From Planctomycetota bacterium (GTDB lineage Bacteria; Planctomycetota; PUPC01; JACPCR01): a stretch of 64,000 nt of DNA. A model generated the notes under the pieces. It saw nothing but the letters and a program-made list of their open reading frames with translations. It had not been told where the DNA came from and ran no database searches. How positions within the stretch are numbered: the first letter of the stretch is position 1; the number at the start of each line of letters is the position of its first letter. Made by a program: the position numbers and the translations under genes. Location: positions 137,965 through 201,964 of the forward strand of contig JACPCR010000051.1 of the NCBI GenBank assembly GCA_016179685.1, in the 5' to 3' direction. Below, in pieces: positions 27,736 through 37,891 of the stretch.

Positions 27736-27814
27736 CGTATCCCTGTTCAGAAGCGCGCCAGTACTTCTGAACAGGGATACGAGTACTCCAATGCTCAAAT
27801 CCACCCGCACTTCC
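27736..27814. repeat. REP-like palindrome (family A variant) plus half copy
   Basis: 18-bp perfect IR cgtatccctgttcagaag 27736-27753/27764-27781, nearly identical to the 3891-3937 stem, then acccgcacttcc. Confidence 0.85.
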
Positions 27815-28033
27815 GCACCCGAGCCCTCAGCGCATCGGTTCATAAATGGCGCCTCCCCTGTGGCCTTCCCGTTGCGATAACCCGGCGGAAGTCCTAGAAT
27901 TCGAAGGTTTGACCCGAAGGGCTCAACCCCTGAATGGTGTCCAGAGCCTCTGGCCCCGTCGCTGGCCACGCCGGCTGTTCGCTTCGTCCTCCACGCTTCT
28001 TCCCCCGGCCCGGTCCTCGCTCCTGGCGCTACC

Positions 28034-29593
28034 ATGAGACGCCTCCAGCCGGCATCGTTTTCGTTTCGTTCTGCACAGCCGTTATTCCTCGCTGGCTTCT
28101 TCCTGGCCGCGGCCGCGTGCCTGTCCCGTGAGCAGCTCCTGGCCGAAGACGGCATCCAGTGGGTGGTCGTTGCCGCGGACGAGGCGGAGGTCTACCGCGA
28201 CAACCAGGTCGTGCTGCGCGCTGCGCGGGATCAAAAGTTCCAGCTCGTCGAGACCAAGGGAGAGTGGGTAGGGGTGTCGTGGGATGACGGCGCCGGCCGG
28301 GCCACCGGCTGGATTGCCGCGAGCAAGGTGCGCCGGGCATCCGAGTCCGACGCCGCGGCCGAACGCGTCGATGTCTCGGTCTGGACCTCGCCGGACGGCC
28401 GGCATCCCAGCAAGGAGCGGCTGCGGGCCCTTTTCGACGGCGCCTGCGAGTCGTATGGGCAGGCCGCGGCGGACCAGGCCCAGGCCGCGATCCAGTTGGA
28501 CCCTCATAATGGCCTATTGTATTACCTGCTGGCCAACGCGGCCGCGGACAATCTCCAGTGGGAACTGGTCAAGGACGCCCTGAAAAAGGGGAACTCCAGG
28601 CCCGAAGCCTATTTCTACAACACCGCGTCGGGCCTCGATCAGTACCTGATGCCTTTGCCGCACCTTCAGCCGCTGCGGCAGCTCGCGCTTTCGGTGACGC
28701 GCCAGGCCAGGAAGATGCAGCCCGACGCAGGGGCCGAATTGCTGCGCGACCTCCGGAGGATGGCGCAGAAGCTGGCCGAGGCGCAGCCGCCCTTCTCCAT
28801 CCATCTCCAGTTGGCCATGGGCATCGTGACCGTCGTCGATACCGCTCTGGAAATGCTCGGACAGAAAAAGGGGCTGGACGAGCTGGTCCGGGCCGCCCGG
28901 CGCATCAAGAAAAAGGACCAGGATTGGATCGCCGAGGTCCAGCAGGAGCTGCTGCTCCAGGGGAGCGAGGAAATCTTCATCGCTCGAAAATACCTCCGGG
29001 TCACGGGCCTGAGCCCGGAGGCCATCAATCAATTCATGTCCTTCGGCCCCGCGCTGGCCATGGAGGACCCCACCGGCGCGGCGGTCCCCAAACCGGCCCG
29101 CGAGGAGAAGCCCAAGCCGAAGGAAATCGCCAAGTCGGCAGAGGCCAAGAAGCGGAATCGGTTCTATCGCCAGGTGCGAAACTACGATTTCCTCTCGGAC
29201 ATGCTGGCCGAAGCCGCGTCGCAGGATGAAGAGAGCAGCGAGAAGCGTGAGGAGCCGGACATGATGGAATCCCAGTCGAAGGCCAGCGGAGGGGGCGTCG
29301 GGGAATCGCCGGGCGCGGCGGGCGATCCCCAGATGTTGAAATTCTTCGCCGACCAGGAGGCCACCCTGCTCAAGAGCCTCAAGACGCCCGTCCACAAGCA
29401 GGGGATTCTCACCGCCAAGCAGTTCCTCGCCGCCGCGATCTCCGGCAGCCGTTCACCTCTTTTCGAGCGCCTGATGAACCCGCAGACGGAGGCTGACCGG
29501 TCGGACCGGAATCGATGGGACCGTGCGTGCGACGAGGGCGTGAAGGAAATGGCCGGGCTGCTGGCTCGACTGATGGAGGGCATGCCCGAGTGA
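28034..29593 (+). CDS. Exported hypothetical protein with N-terminal SH3b-like domain and TPR-like helices
   Basis: Signal-like N-terminus, ETKGEWVGV..GRATGWIAASKV SH3-like motif, AIQLDPHNGLLYYLLA TPR. Confidence 0.7.
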   Translation: MRRLQPASFSFRSAQPLFLAGFFLAAAACLSREQLLAEDGIQWVVVAADEAEVYRDNQVVLRAARDQKFQLVETKGEWVGVSWDDGAGRATGWIAASKVRRASESDAAAERVDVSVWTSPDGRHPSKERLRALFDGACESYGQAAADQAQAAIQLDPHNGLLYYLLANAAADNLQWELVKDALKKGNSRPEAYFYNTASGLDQYLMPLPHLQPLRQLALSVTRQARKMQPDAGAELLRDLRRMAQKLAEAQPPFSIHLQLAMGIVTVVDTALEMLGQKKGLDELVRAARRIKKKDQDWIAEVQQELLLQGSEEIFIARKYLRVTGLSPEAINQFMSFGPALAMEDPTGAAVPKPAREEKPKPKEIAKSAEAKKRNRFYRQVRNYDFLSDMLAEAASQDEESSEKREEPDMMESQSKASGGGVGESPGAAGDPQMLKFFADQEATLLKSLKTPVHKQGILTAKQFLAAAISGSRSPLFERLMNPQTEADRSDRNRWDRACDEGVKEMAGLLARLMEGMPE

Positions 29594-29708
29594 CAGGCGT
29601 GACGACGACCTTGGGAATTTCCACGTTGAATTTCGGCGTGGGTCAGGAATCGGTGAAAACGTAAGATGCCCCGTTGCGGAGACGAAAGCTCGCCTTGTGC
29701 TCTAAATC

Positions 29709-31763
29709 ATGCTCAGGCCTGCCCGCACCCTGTTGATCGCTGGCCTCGTGGTCTTTGTGGCGACGAGTGCTCTGACCTGGACCGCCTGGTCGGGCGCTGG
29801 CGATTCGGTCGCGGCCGCGCGTGCGGCCCTCCTGGAACAGGCCCGCGTCGAGTGTCTCTCCGCCGGACGCCGGATCGTCGAGTCCCTCAGCGCCCAGGCG
29901 CAGCGGGTTTTCGAGTCCCTTCTCACGGCGGGGCCCGAGGCGCTGCCGGCCCTCTGGACCCGACGCCGCGACTTCCCCGATCCGGTTGCCGAGCTTCTTC
30001 TCCTGGACGATCGCGGCCGCGTCCTGTTTCCGCGGCCGGGGAGCGTGTCGGCCCCGCGCTGGATCGAGGAACGGCCCCAGGACGCGGAGGCCCGGGAACA
30101 CCTCCGGGCCGGTTACGCCGCGGAGTTCCAGCAGCAACGGCCCGACGAAGCCGCGGCACATTACGCTCGATGCCTCGATGAGCGGTTCGGGATCACGGTC
30201 CGGCTCGAGGCCATCTCGCACCTCGCGGCCCTCGAGATGAAGCGGGGCGAAGTCGCGGCCGCCGCCGGACATCTTCAGGACCTCCTCGAGAAATACCCTG
30301 AAAAGTTTTGTGAGGGGATGACCCGTGCCCACGCGCGCCTTCAACTCGCGCGGGCCCTCCATCTCTGCGGCCGGAGTCCGGAGGCGGCGACGCGGCTCGT
30401 CCCCTTCCTCAGGGACCTCCTCGAGGGCAAGCTGGATCTGGACACCAGCGCCACACGCTTCCTGCTCGAGAAGGCAGCAGCGATCGCCCGTGAGATCGCC
30501 TCGGCTGAACCTTCGGGCCAGGTCGGCCGCGACCTGGCAGAATTCGAAACCCGCATCGCCCGTTACAATGAAATTCTCGAGCAGACGAACCAGAGTCGGC
30601 TCGCCGAGTGGCTGCCGCAGGCCATCGGCTTCGCCGCAGCTCACCCGGAAGAATCCCCTGTCCGCTTCCACTTCAACCCGGACGGACCTGAACTGCGGCT
30701 AGCCAGTTCCAGAGCCATGGGGTCCCAGGGCCGTCGCTTTCACGTCGCCTTCCGCTGGAAGCCCTCGAGGCTCGAGCCCCTGATCGACTCGGGAATCCGG
30801 CAGACCGACCAGGGACCCTTCACCCTGGCGCTCTGCGACCTTTCCGGCCGCGCCCTGGTGTCGCCCCCTTCGCCCGATCGAGCCCCCGCGGCCATCCTCC
30901 CCGTCCCGGAGATACCGGGGTGGTTCGTTCGCGCGGACTTCACCGACCCGGCCGCGCTCGAGCGGTCCCTTCAGCGCCAGCGCGCCGCGGTGATCGCGGT
31001 CGCCGCCATCTTCCTCGCCGTCACCCTTGTCGCCCTCTTGGCCCTTCTTCGGACGGTCCGCCGAGAGGTGGAGCTCGCCGCGCTCAAGACCGATTTCGTT
31101 TCCCACGTCTCTCACGAACTGAAGACGCCCCTGTCCCTCATTCGCCTGTTCGCCGAGACGCTCGCCATGGGACGCGCCCGCAGCAAGGAGGAAGAAAAGG
31201 AATGCATCGACGTCATTACGCGGGAAAGCGAACGGCTGGCCGGTATGATCAACAACATCCTCGATTTTTCTCGCATCGAGAAGGGGCGTCGGGTCTATCG
31301 TTTCGACCGGCTCGAGCTTTCGCCGTTCCTTCTGGAGCTTCTCGAGGCCCAGCGACCGCGGCTTGTCCAGCTCGGTTTCAACTTATCCATCGATGTTCCC
31401 GTGCTTCCCGTGGCAAACGTGGACCGGGAGGCGATGCAATCGGCCCTCTTGAATCTGATCGACAACGCGGTGAAGTACTCGCCCGGCGAGAAGGCCATCA
31501 CGGTCCGGGCGCTGGTCCAGGGTCCCAACGTCGAAATCGCCGTCGCCGATCGCGGCATAGGCGTACCGCCCCATGAACGCGGCCGTATCTTCGAAAAATT
31601 CTACCGGATCAGAGACGAGCGCGTCCGGCAGTCCAGAGGCTCCGGACTCGGCCTGACCCTCGTGAAGCACGTCATGGAGGCACACGGCGGCATCGTGCGC
31701 GTCGATGCGAACGAGGCAGCCGGCAGCGTCTTCACGCTCGTGTTACCCTTCGTGCAGGAGTAG
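29709..31763 (+). CDS. Sensor histidine kinase (HisKA/HATPase_c) with TPR-like periplasmic domain
   Basis: Two TMs, H-box VSHELKTPL, NLIDNAVKYS, DRGIG, FEKFYR, GSGLGL. Confidence 0.95.
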   Translation: MLRPARTLLIAGLVVFVATSALTWTAWSGAGDSVAAARAALLEQARVECLSAGRRIVESLSAQAQRVFESLLTAGPEALPALWTRRRDFPDPVAELLLLDDRGRVLFPRPGSVSAPRWIEERPQDAEAREHLRAGYAAEFQQQRPDEAAAHYARCLDERFGITVRLEAISHLAALEMKRGEVAAAAGHLQDLLEKYPEKFCEGMTRAHARLQLARALHLCGRSPEAATRLVPFLRDLLEGKLDLDTSATRFLLEKAAAIAREIASAEPSGQVGRDLAEFETRIARYNEILEQTNQSRLAEWLPQAIGFAAAHPEESPVRFHFNPDGPELRLASSRAMGSQGRRFHVAFRWKPSRLEPLIDSGIRQTDQGPFTLALCDLSGRALVSPPSPDRAPAAILPVPEIPGWFVRADFTDPAALERSLQRQRAAVIAVAAIFLAVTLVALLALLRTVRREVELAALKTDFVSHVSHELKTPLSLIRLFAETLAMGRARSKEEEKECIDVITRESERLAGMINNILDFSRIEKGRRVYRFDRLELSPFLLELLEAQRPRLVQLGFNLSIDVPVLPVANVDREAMQSALLNLIDNAVKYSPGEKAITVRALVQGPNVEIAVADRGIGVPPHERGRIFEKFYRIRDERVRQSRGSGLGLTLVKHVMEAHGGIVRVDANEAAGSVFTLVLPFVQE

Positions 31764-31791
31764 ACGCGGCAGCCGATTCGTCGCTGGCTTT

Positions 31792-31836
31792 CCCTCACCC
31801 CGGCCCTCTCCCAGCGGGAGAGGGCCGGGGTGAGGG
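31792..31836. repeat. Perfect 21-bp palindrome (CCCTCACCCCGGCCCTCTCCC-type REP)
   Basis: ccctcaccccggccctctccc-agc-gggagagggccggggtgaggg between the kinase and regulator genes. Confidence 0.9.
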
Positions 31837-31919
31837 TCACAAGCGCCAGGACCCGTGACCAATGGATGAGCCGGCGCACTGAGCCTCTCACCGGCGAAAA
31901 GCCAGAACGGCCGGCCCCA

Positions 31920-32600
31920 ATGCCCAAGATTCTGATCATCGAAGACGAGACTGACCTTCTCCTCGGACTCCGCCGCAACCTCGAATTCGAGGGATACCAG
32001 GTGATCCAGGCGACGGACGGCGAGAAAGGCCTCGACCTGGCCATCCGGGAGAAGCCTGACGGCATCATCCTGGACATCATGATCCCCAAACGCGATGGCC
32101 TCGAGGTGTGCCAGGACCTCCGGGCCAGGGGATACTCGACCCCGATCCTCATGCTCACCGCCAAGAGCCAGGAGATGGACAAGGTCGTCGGACTCGAAGT
32201 CGGGGCGGACGATTACGTGACCAAGCCCTTTGGCCTACGGGAACTGCTGGCTCGCCTCAAAGCCCTGCTCCGCCGGGCCGCCCGCCGCGCCGGGCGGCCG
32301 GAAACGCTTCAGGTGGGCCGCTGGACCGTCGATTGCAGCCGCTTCGAAGCGCGGGTTGGAAAGACCGTATGCTCGCTATCCCACTACGAGGTGGACCTCC
32401 TGGCCCTGCTTGCCCAGCGAGCCGGTGAGGTGGTCACCCGCAACGAAATCCTCAACGAAATCTGGGGCATCGAAGCCTACCCGACGGACCGCACGGTGGA
32501 CAATTACATCGTGAAGCTGCGCAAGAAATTCGAGAAGCACCCCCGCAAGCCGCGCCATATCCTCACCGTACACGGCGTCGGCTACAAATTCGTGCGCTGA
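31920..32600 (+). CDS. OmpR/PhoB-family response regulator
   Basis: ILIIEDE, ILDIMIP, LTAK, GADDYVTKPF, wHTH RTVDNYIVKLRKK..TVHGVGYKF. Confidence 0.97.
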   Translation: MPKILIIEDETDLLLGLRRNLEFEGYQVIQATDGEKGLDLAIREKPDGIILDIMIPKRDGLEVCQDLRARGYSTPILMLTAKSQEMDKVVGLEVGADDYVTKPFGLRELLARLKALLRRAARRAGRPETLQVGRWTVDCSRFEARVGKTVCSLSHYEVDLLALLAQRAGEVVTRNEILNEIWGIEAYPTDRTVDNYIVKLRKKFEKHPRKPRHILTVHGVGYKFVR

Positions 32601-32617
32601 CAATTTTCTACAATTTT
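32598..32617 (+). promoter_or_regulatory. Putative OmpR-type tandem binding box
   Basis: tgACAATTTT ctACAATTTT, a 10-bp-periodic direct repeat in an AT-rich patch upstream of the 32775 gene. Confidence 0.5.
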
Positions 32618-32774
32618 ATTCATGCCGGTGATACTTCCAGCTCACCGCATCCCTACAATCCTACCCGTCTTCTTGGCCATGGAGGAGACCCTTCGGCCCG
32701 CCGCTTTCCCGGAGACGGACCCAGGGCAGGTGACGGGGACATCCTCCCGTGCTGTTCTCTTGAGGAGTTTTCCT

Positions 32775-34667
32775 ATGCGTACATTCATCCCTGTCCCGTT
32801 TTCCCGTCGTCTTCTCCTCTCCCTCCTCCTCTCAGCCGCCGTTCCCCGCCCCTTTCAGGCCGAGGAGCCATCGGCGGATGACCTTTTCTACAAGGCCTAT
32901 TACCTCGAGACGCAGGATCGGGACCTGGAGAAGGCCATCCAACTCTACCGGGAAATTCTTTCCCGGGAGCCGGCGGACGAATCCGCGGCGGCCAAAGCCC
33001 AGTACCAACTCGGCGCGTGTTATGAAAAACTCGGCCGGATGGAGGAGGCTCGCAAGGCCTACCGGAGCGTGCTCGACCGGTTCGGTTCCCATCGTGAAAT
33101 GGCACGCAAGGCGGAGGCGAGCCTCCAGAGCCTCCCGACCACCACGCCGATGCCGGGCGACCCGGCCGCCGGGCATCTCCGAGTTGAACCCTCGATTCCG
33201 GCGGCCGGGACGGCGCCGCGAAGCGACCTGGCGGATGCCGGGGCCAGCCAGGAATTCCCGCTGGAGGAAAAGATTCCTGCCTGGATCGAGGCGCTGAAGA
33301 GCGAGCAGGCCGGGCAGCGTGAGGACGCGGCCAGGAATTTGGTGGGGGCAGGACAGGCCTCTGTGCCCGCCCTGGAGGTTTTCCTTGCGAGTCCTGTCGG
33401 CCAAGACGGCTGGACCGCTGCCCGTGCTGCCCTTTACCAGATCCAAGGGATGCCGGCAGACCCGAACCAGGATGCCGTCGAGAAGCTTTTTGAGAACAGA
33501 ATCTCGGTCGACTTCCGCGATACTCCGCTCTGCGATGTCGTCCAATTCTTGTGCAACCTCACAGGTCTGAACATCCTGGTCGATGACCAAAAAATATTGG
33601 GCGCTGAAAGGGCTCCCGTCACCATGAAGGTCGAAGACAGAAGCCTCCGGAACCTCCTCGATGGGATCACTCGGCTTGTCGGCCTGACCTATCGAATGCA
33701 CGAAGGCGCCCTCGTCATCACGACCGCGGAAGGCGGCAAGCGGCTGGAACGCCGCGCTGCGCTCCGGGCCGCCCAGGACGTCTGGGACGAAGCCCACCCG
33801 TCGAAGGAGTCCGGGGCCCGTCAAGCCTTTCTGAACCGGCTCAAAAACATCAAGGTCTCCATCGATCTGCAGAATACCCGGCTCGCCGATGCGCTTTCCT
33901 ACCTCGGCGAATTAGGGTTGCCAGCGAGCCTCTACATCGATGAGGGCTGCGCCGGACAGCCCATCACCCTTCACGGCCAGGAGGTCCCCATGAGCCAGGT
34001 CCTCTCCCTCGTATGCGATTTGAATGACCTGGAGGTCCGGCCCGGCCAACTCGGCACCTACGGGATTTACTCGTCTGCCGGGAGCGCGGGCAGCGGAAAA
34101 GCTTCGAAAAGAGGCGAGGATGAAGCCACGGCGTTCCTGCAAGCTGACCTGGGAGGCGGGAAGGCCATGGTCTTCCTCGATGGCGGCATCGAGGGAGACC
34201 TGGAGAACGGACTCGCCAAGGTGACCTACAAGGGGCACGAGGTGTGGAAGGGGCCCGCCACCCAGCAGTTCTTCACCACGCAGGCCCTCATCCACGGCCG
34301 GCTCATGGCTGCCGCTTTTGATGGTGAGAAGGTCCTCTGGGAGAACCTTCCTGGGGCCGGCCAGAAACTGAAAGAGCATTTGGGAGAAATGCCGCCGATC
34401 GATTGGGCGCACCTGGATGCCCAGGGAAACAAGCTCATCGTCCAGACCGAGAACAACCGCACCACCATCCGGCACGACGGAAAGGAGGTCTGGAAGGGCC
34501 AGACCCGCGGCCGCATCTCCGCCTGGGAGCGCAACATCAACGGAGAGGACTTCGCCGCGGTGTTCGACGGGGACGAGCTGATTTGGGAAAACGTCCCGGG
34601 CGCCGCCCAGAAGGTGAAGGAGCTCGATCCCCAGAATCCCCTCCCGCCCGGGCCCCGCACTTTCTGA
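32775..34667 (+). CDS. Exported TPR + STN-like (secretin/TonB N-terminal) protein with duplicated C-terminal beta domain
   Basis: RBS GAGGAG before ATG 32775, signal peptide, KAQYQLGACYEKLG TPR, ISVDFRDTPLCDVV..GLNILVD and VSIDLQNTRLADAL STN-like units. Confidence 0.8.
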   Translation: MRTFIPVPFSRRLLLSLLLSAAVPRPFQAEEPSADDLFYKAYYLETQDRDLEKAIQLYREILSREPADESAAAKAQYQLGACYEKLGRMEEARKAYRSVLDRFGSHREMARKAEASLQSLPTTTPMPGDPAAGHLRVEPSIPAAGTAPRSDLADAGASQEFPLEEKIPAWIEALKSEQAGQREDAARNLVGAGQASVPALEVFLASPVGQDGWTAARAALYQIQGMPADPNQDAVEKLFENRISVDFRDTPLCDVVQFLCNLTGLNILVDDQKILGAERAPVTMKVEDRSLRNLLDGITRLVGLTYRMHEGALVITTAEGGKRLERRAALRAAQDVWDEAHPSKESGARQAFLNRLKNIKVSIDLQNTRLADALSYLGELGLPASLYIDEGCAGQPITLHGQEVPMSQVLSLVCDLNDLEVRPGQLGTYGIYSSAGSAGSGKASKRGEDEATAFLQADLGGGKAMVFLDGGIEGDLENGLAKVTYKGHEVWKGPATQQFFTTQALIHGRLMAAAFDGEKVLWENLPGAGQKLKEHLGEMPPIDWAHLDAQGNKLIVQTENNRTTIRHDGKEVWKGQTRGRISAWERNINGEDFAAVFDGDELIWENVPGAAQKVKELDPQNPLPPGPRTF

Positions 34668-34668
34668 A

Positions 34669-37431
34669 ATGTCCAACGTCATCATCCTTTGCGCCAATCC
34701 CCAGTGCCAACAGCCGCTCGCCTGCAACTCCTCGCTCGCCGGGCAGGCGGTCCAGTGCCCCCGATGCGGGACGCTCACCGCGGTGGGTGACGTCGGGCAG
34801 GATGGCTTCCCCGGCGGTATCCGCCTGGGCCAGTACACCATCGTCCGAAAGATTGGGCAGGGCGGCATGGGCCGCGTTTATGAGGCGCTCCAGGATGGCC
34901 TTGGCCGCCGCGTGGCCCTCAAAGTCCCGCGAGTGACCCTCAGCATGGACCCCCGCTTTTTCAAGCGCTTCCTCCGCGAGGCCCAGATCGCCGCCACGCT
35001 CAACCACCGCAACATTGTCCAAGTCTACGAGGTCGGAAACGACAAAGGCTACCCCTTCTTCTCCATGGAGCTCGTCGAGGGCGAAACCTTGCAGGCGCGG
35101 CTGGCCCGGGAGACTCGTCTGCCTCCGGCCGTTGCTCTCGAATTCCTGTTCCAGTCGGTCCGGGGGCTCGCCCATGCGGGGCAGCACCGCGTGGTCCACC
35201 GCGATATCAAGCCGGGCAATCTGATCCTCGCGCTCGACGGGACGCTGAAGATTACCGACTTCGGCCTGGCCCGCGCGCAGGGCTCGGGTCAGCAGACCTC
35301 TCAGATCGTGGGCGGCACCGCCACCTACATGAGTCCCGAGCAGGCGTGGTGTCAGAAGAATCTGGATATCCGGTCCGATATCTATTCGCTCGGCGCCTCC
35401 TTCTACCACGCACTGGCTGGCCACGTCCCCTTTCAAGGCCGCACCGCAGCGGAAACGATCTCCCTGGCGGCCCGGGGTCTCCGCAGGCCTCTGGATGAAA
35501 TCCAGCCCGACGTCTCGCCTCGCCTCGCCCAGATCGTCGAAAAAATGATGAACAGAGACGCCGCTGAGCGATATCAAACTCCCACAGAAATCCTGGTCGA
35601 TCTCGATCAGCTCAAGGCTCTGGAGTTTCCTCCAAATCCTACCTCCAAGGCCTCAGCACCCTCTGCCGGTGACTTCCGCCCGCGCGACCCGCCGCCTTCC
35701 CGGCGAGCGCCAGCATGCCTCCGCTCCTCTGCCCGGCCCGAGTCGGGCGCACGGCCGGCCGCCGTCCGCTCCCCTGCGGAAAAAAGGCAGCAGATCGCGG
35801 CCTGGACCCTGGGCGTCCTGATCGCTATGGCCGGCGCCCTGTTCTGGGTTCTTCATCGCGCCCGGCCCGAGTCGGGGCCGGGCCCCACGCTGGAGAGACT
35901 GCCCGCCACGCGGCCTGAAGAGGATTATCGGCTGCAAAATTCAACGCACTCACGGCCAGAGCCAGTCCCTGAAGAGAAGCCACAACAAGCCCCAAACGCC
36001 CCGTCCAGGGGTGTCCAGGTCGATTCCGATTCCGTGGCGGGTTCCGACGCGAAGAGGACCGAGGAGTCGCCGCTCGAAAGCGCCGTCATCATCCCACGAT
36101 GGCCAGCGCAGAGGGATTCGTGGAAGCCGGAAGCCAGAGCCCAGGAGGCGGCCGCGGCGGATGCTGTGGCCGCCGAAGCCAAGCCTTCGCCCGCATCAGT
36201 TCCTCCGCTTCCTGCTGTGGAAGACGTATCCCTGCCGCCGGACGAATTCCCCGAGGACCAGGCGGAGGCTTTCGGCCGCATGGAAGATTCGCTGACGCCC
36301 CTTCTGAAGACCCACGAGCACGCGTCGGCATGGGAAGAGGTTCAGCGACTGGCCCTCCGGCCCGAGAACGCCCGATTCCGCGACGATCTGAGCGCCATGA
36401 AGCAGGATTTCGAGGCCGTCGAGGCCCTGTGGCAGCAGTTTCTCCAGGCCATGGAGGCCGCGAAAGGGACCGAAGAAATATTCAATATCCGTCGCGGCAG
36501 GCTGGCCGGCGCCCGCGATGGCCTCCTCCTCCTCGAGATCAACAGCCGGACCGAGCGCCTCGCTCCGGCGGACGTCGGGCCGGGCAAAATCCAGGAAAAG
36601 CTCCAGATCAGTCCTGCGCGCTCCCCGGCCGAGACCTGTCATGCCCTTGCCGCATTCTGGCTGCACGAAGGCCGGAAAGATAAGGCCCGGGAGCTTCTCG
36701 AAGGCATCGGAGGCTCCCACCCGGACGCCAGCCGGCTTCTCCAGTGGCTGCGGTGGTCACGAGAAGCCGAAGCCACCCAGATGATCCGGGCGATCCAGGC
36801 CGACCAGGCCGGGCGGAACTTCGATGCCGTGTTGAAGCGTGTGAGCGACCTGCTCAGAGATTTCGAAGACACCCGCGCGGTCACTCGCAGGAAATCGGAC
36901 CTCGAACAGCTCCGGGCAGGGGCCGAGGCAGCGATTCTGAAGGAGAAAGAGAAAGTCCAGGCCGCCCTCGAGCGCCTCGAGGTCCTTGTCCAACAGGTCC
37001 AGAAGGAACGGGAGAGGTGGTACGACGACATGAAAGAGAAGGTGAAACAGCAATATGAAAAAGAGAGCACGGACCCGGAAACCTACGTGCGCCGGGGCGA
37101 TGCCGAATTCGGTCACTACGTCGAGCACGCCGCATGCCCGAAGAGCGACAACCTCAAGACCCTGAAAACCATTCTCGAGAACATGCCCCGAGTGACGCAA
37201 TTCGTTCAGGACGTGCAGAACCGCAAGATCGAGTACAAGAAGATGATCGAGCAACTGGAGAAAGAAATCGATCAGGCGAAGAAAAACTACCAGGCTGGAT
37301 TGGCGAAACTGGAAACCCTCTACAAGGAAAAGAGGCGGTCCCTCAAGAACCGGGAAGGCCGAGTGGCCCGGCGCATCCGAGAGGGCATCAATCTGACGAA
37401 TGAGGAAATACTGCGGGAACTGCGCGGCTAG
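34669..37431 (+). CDS. Hanks-type Ser/Thr protein kinase with Zn ribbon, TM and extracytoplasmic helical region
   Basis: CANPQC..CPRC, GQGGMG, VALK, HRDIKPGN, DFGLA, GTATYMSPEQ, DIYSLG, TM IAAWTLGVLIAMAGALFWVL, C-terminal coiled coil. Confidence 0.95.
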   Translation: MSNVIILCANPQCQQPLACNSSLAGQAVQCPRCGTLTAVGDVGQDGFPGGIRLGQYTIVRKIGQGGMGRVYEALQDGLGRRVALKVPRVTLSMDPRFFKRFLREAQIAATLNHRNIVQVYEVGNDKGYPFFSMELVEGETLQARLARETRLPPAVALEFLFQSVRGLAHAGQHRVVHRDIKPGNLILALDGTLKITDFGLARAQGSGQQTSQIVGGTATYMSPEQAWCQKNLDIRSDIYSLGASFYHALAGHVPFQGRTAAETISLAARGLRRPLDEIQPDVSPRLAQIVEKMMNRDAAERYQTPTEILVDLDQLKALEFPPNPTSKASAPSAGDFRPRDPPPSRRAPACLRSSARPESGARPAAVRSPAEKRQQIAAWTLGVLIAMAGALFWVLHRARPESGPGPTLERLPATRPEEDYRLQNSTHSRPEPVPEEKPQQAPNAPSRGVQVDSDSVAGSDAKRTEESPLESAVIIPRWPAQRDSWKPEARAQEAAAADAVAAEAKPSPASVPPLPAVEDVSLPPDEFPEDQAEAFGRMEDSLTPLLKTHEHASAWEEVQRLALRPENARFRDDLSAMKQDFEAVEALWQQFLQAMEAAKGTEEIFNIRRGRLAGARDGLLLLEINSRTERLAPADVGPGKIQEKLQISPARSPAETCHALAAFWLHEGRKDKARELLEGIGGSHPDASRLLQWLRWSREAEATQMIRAIQADQAGRNFDAVLKRVSDLLRDFEDTRAVTRRKSDLEQLRAGAEAAILKEKEKVQAALERLEVLVQQVQKERERWYDDMKEKVKQQYEKESTDPETYVRRGDAEFGHYVEHAACPKSDNLKTLKTILENMPRVTQFVQDVQNRKIEYKKMIEQLEKEIDQAKKNYQAGLAKLETLYKEKRRSLKNREGRVARRIREGINLTNEEILRELRG

Positions 37432-37540
37432 CCCGGATTTCTCACAAGTCACAACGGCACGCCCGATATCCGCCCGTGCGCCAATGCGTTGCAATGCAGG
37501 CTTCAACGCGGCCTTCCTGGCACCTCGATCCGGGCTAGCC
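37426..37540. mobile_element. MITE-like element bounded by CTAG
   Basis: 13-bp perfect terminal IR ggctagcccggat / atccgggctagcc, no ORF. The left CTAG contains the kinase stop codon. Confidence 0.6.
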
Positions 37541-37862
37541 CTGAGCGAGAACGACGCAAGTCGTTCGAGTCGAAGCCCGCAGGGCGCATTTCGAACACAT
37601 CGTGGTAGAAATGCAGGTTCGAGTCTTAGGGTGTAACTTCTCCGCGCCGCGCCCACTTCGTGGGCACCCGGCGGAGAAGTTGAAAGGTGTCCCGCCAGGC
37701 TTGTCCCAGTAGGAGGCGGGTCGGGTGTCCGTTGATTCCTGAACCCTGACACCTGACACCTTTCCGAGCCGTATTGGGCTGCGGGCTTCGCCCGCCTGAA
37801 TCCTCGAGTTCGCAAGTGCGCCCACACTTTCGAACGCGGGTGCGAGTGAGTTGTCCCTCCAA

Positions 37863-37891
37863 TTGAATCGGCGGGTCCGTTGTGCTATATA
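37863..37891 (+). promoter_or_regulatory. Putative sigma70-like promoter of the giant TPR gene
   Basis: TTGAAT, 17-bp spacer containing TG at the extended -10 position, TATATA (imperfect -10). Confidence 0.4.
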
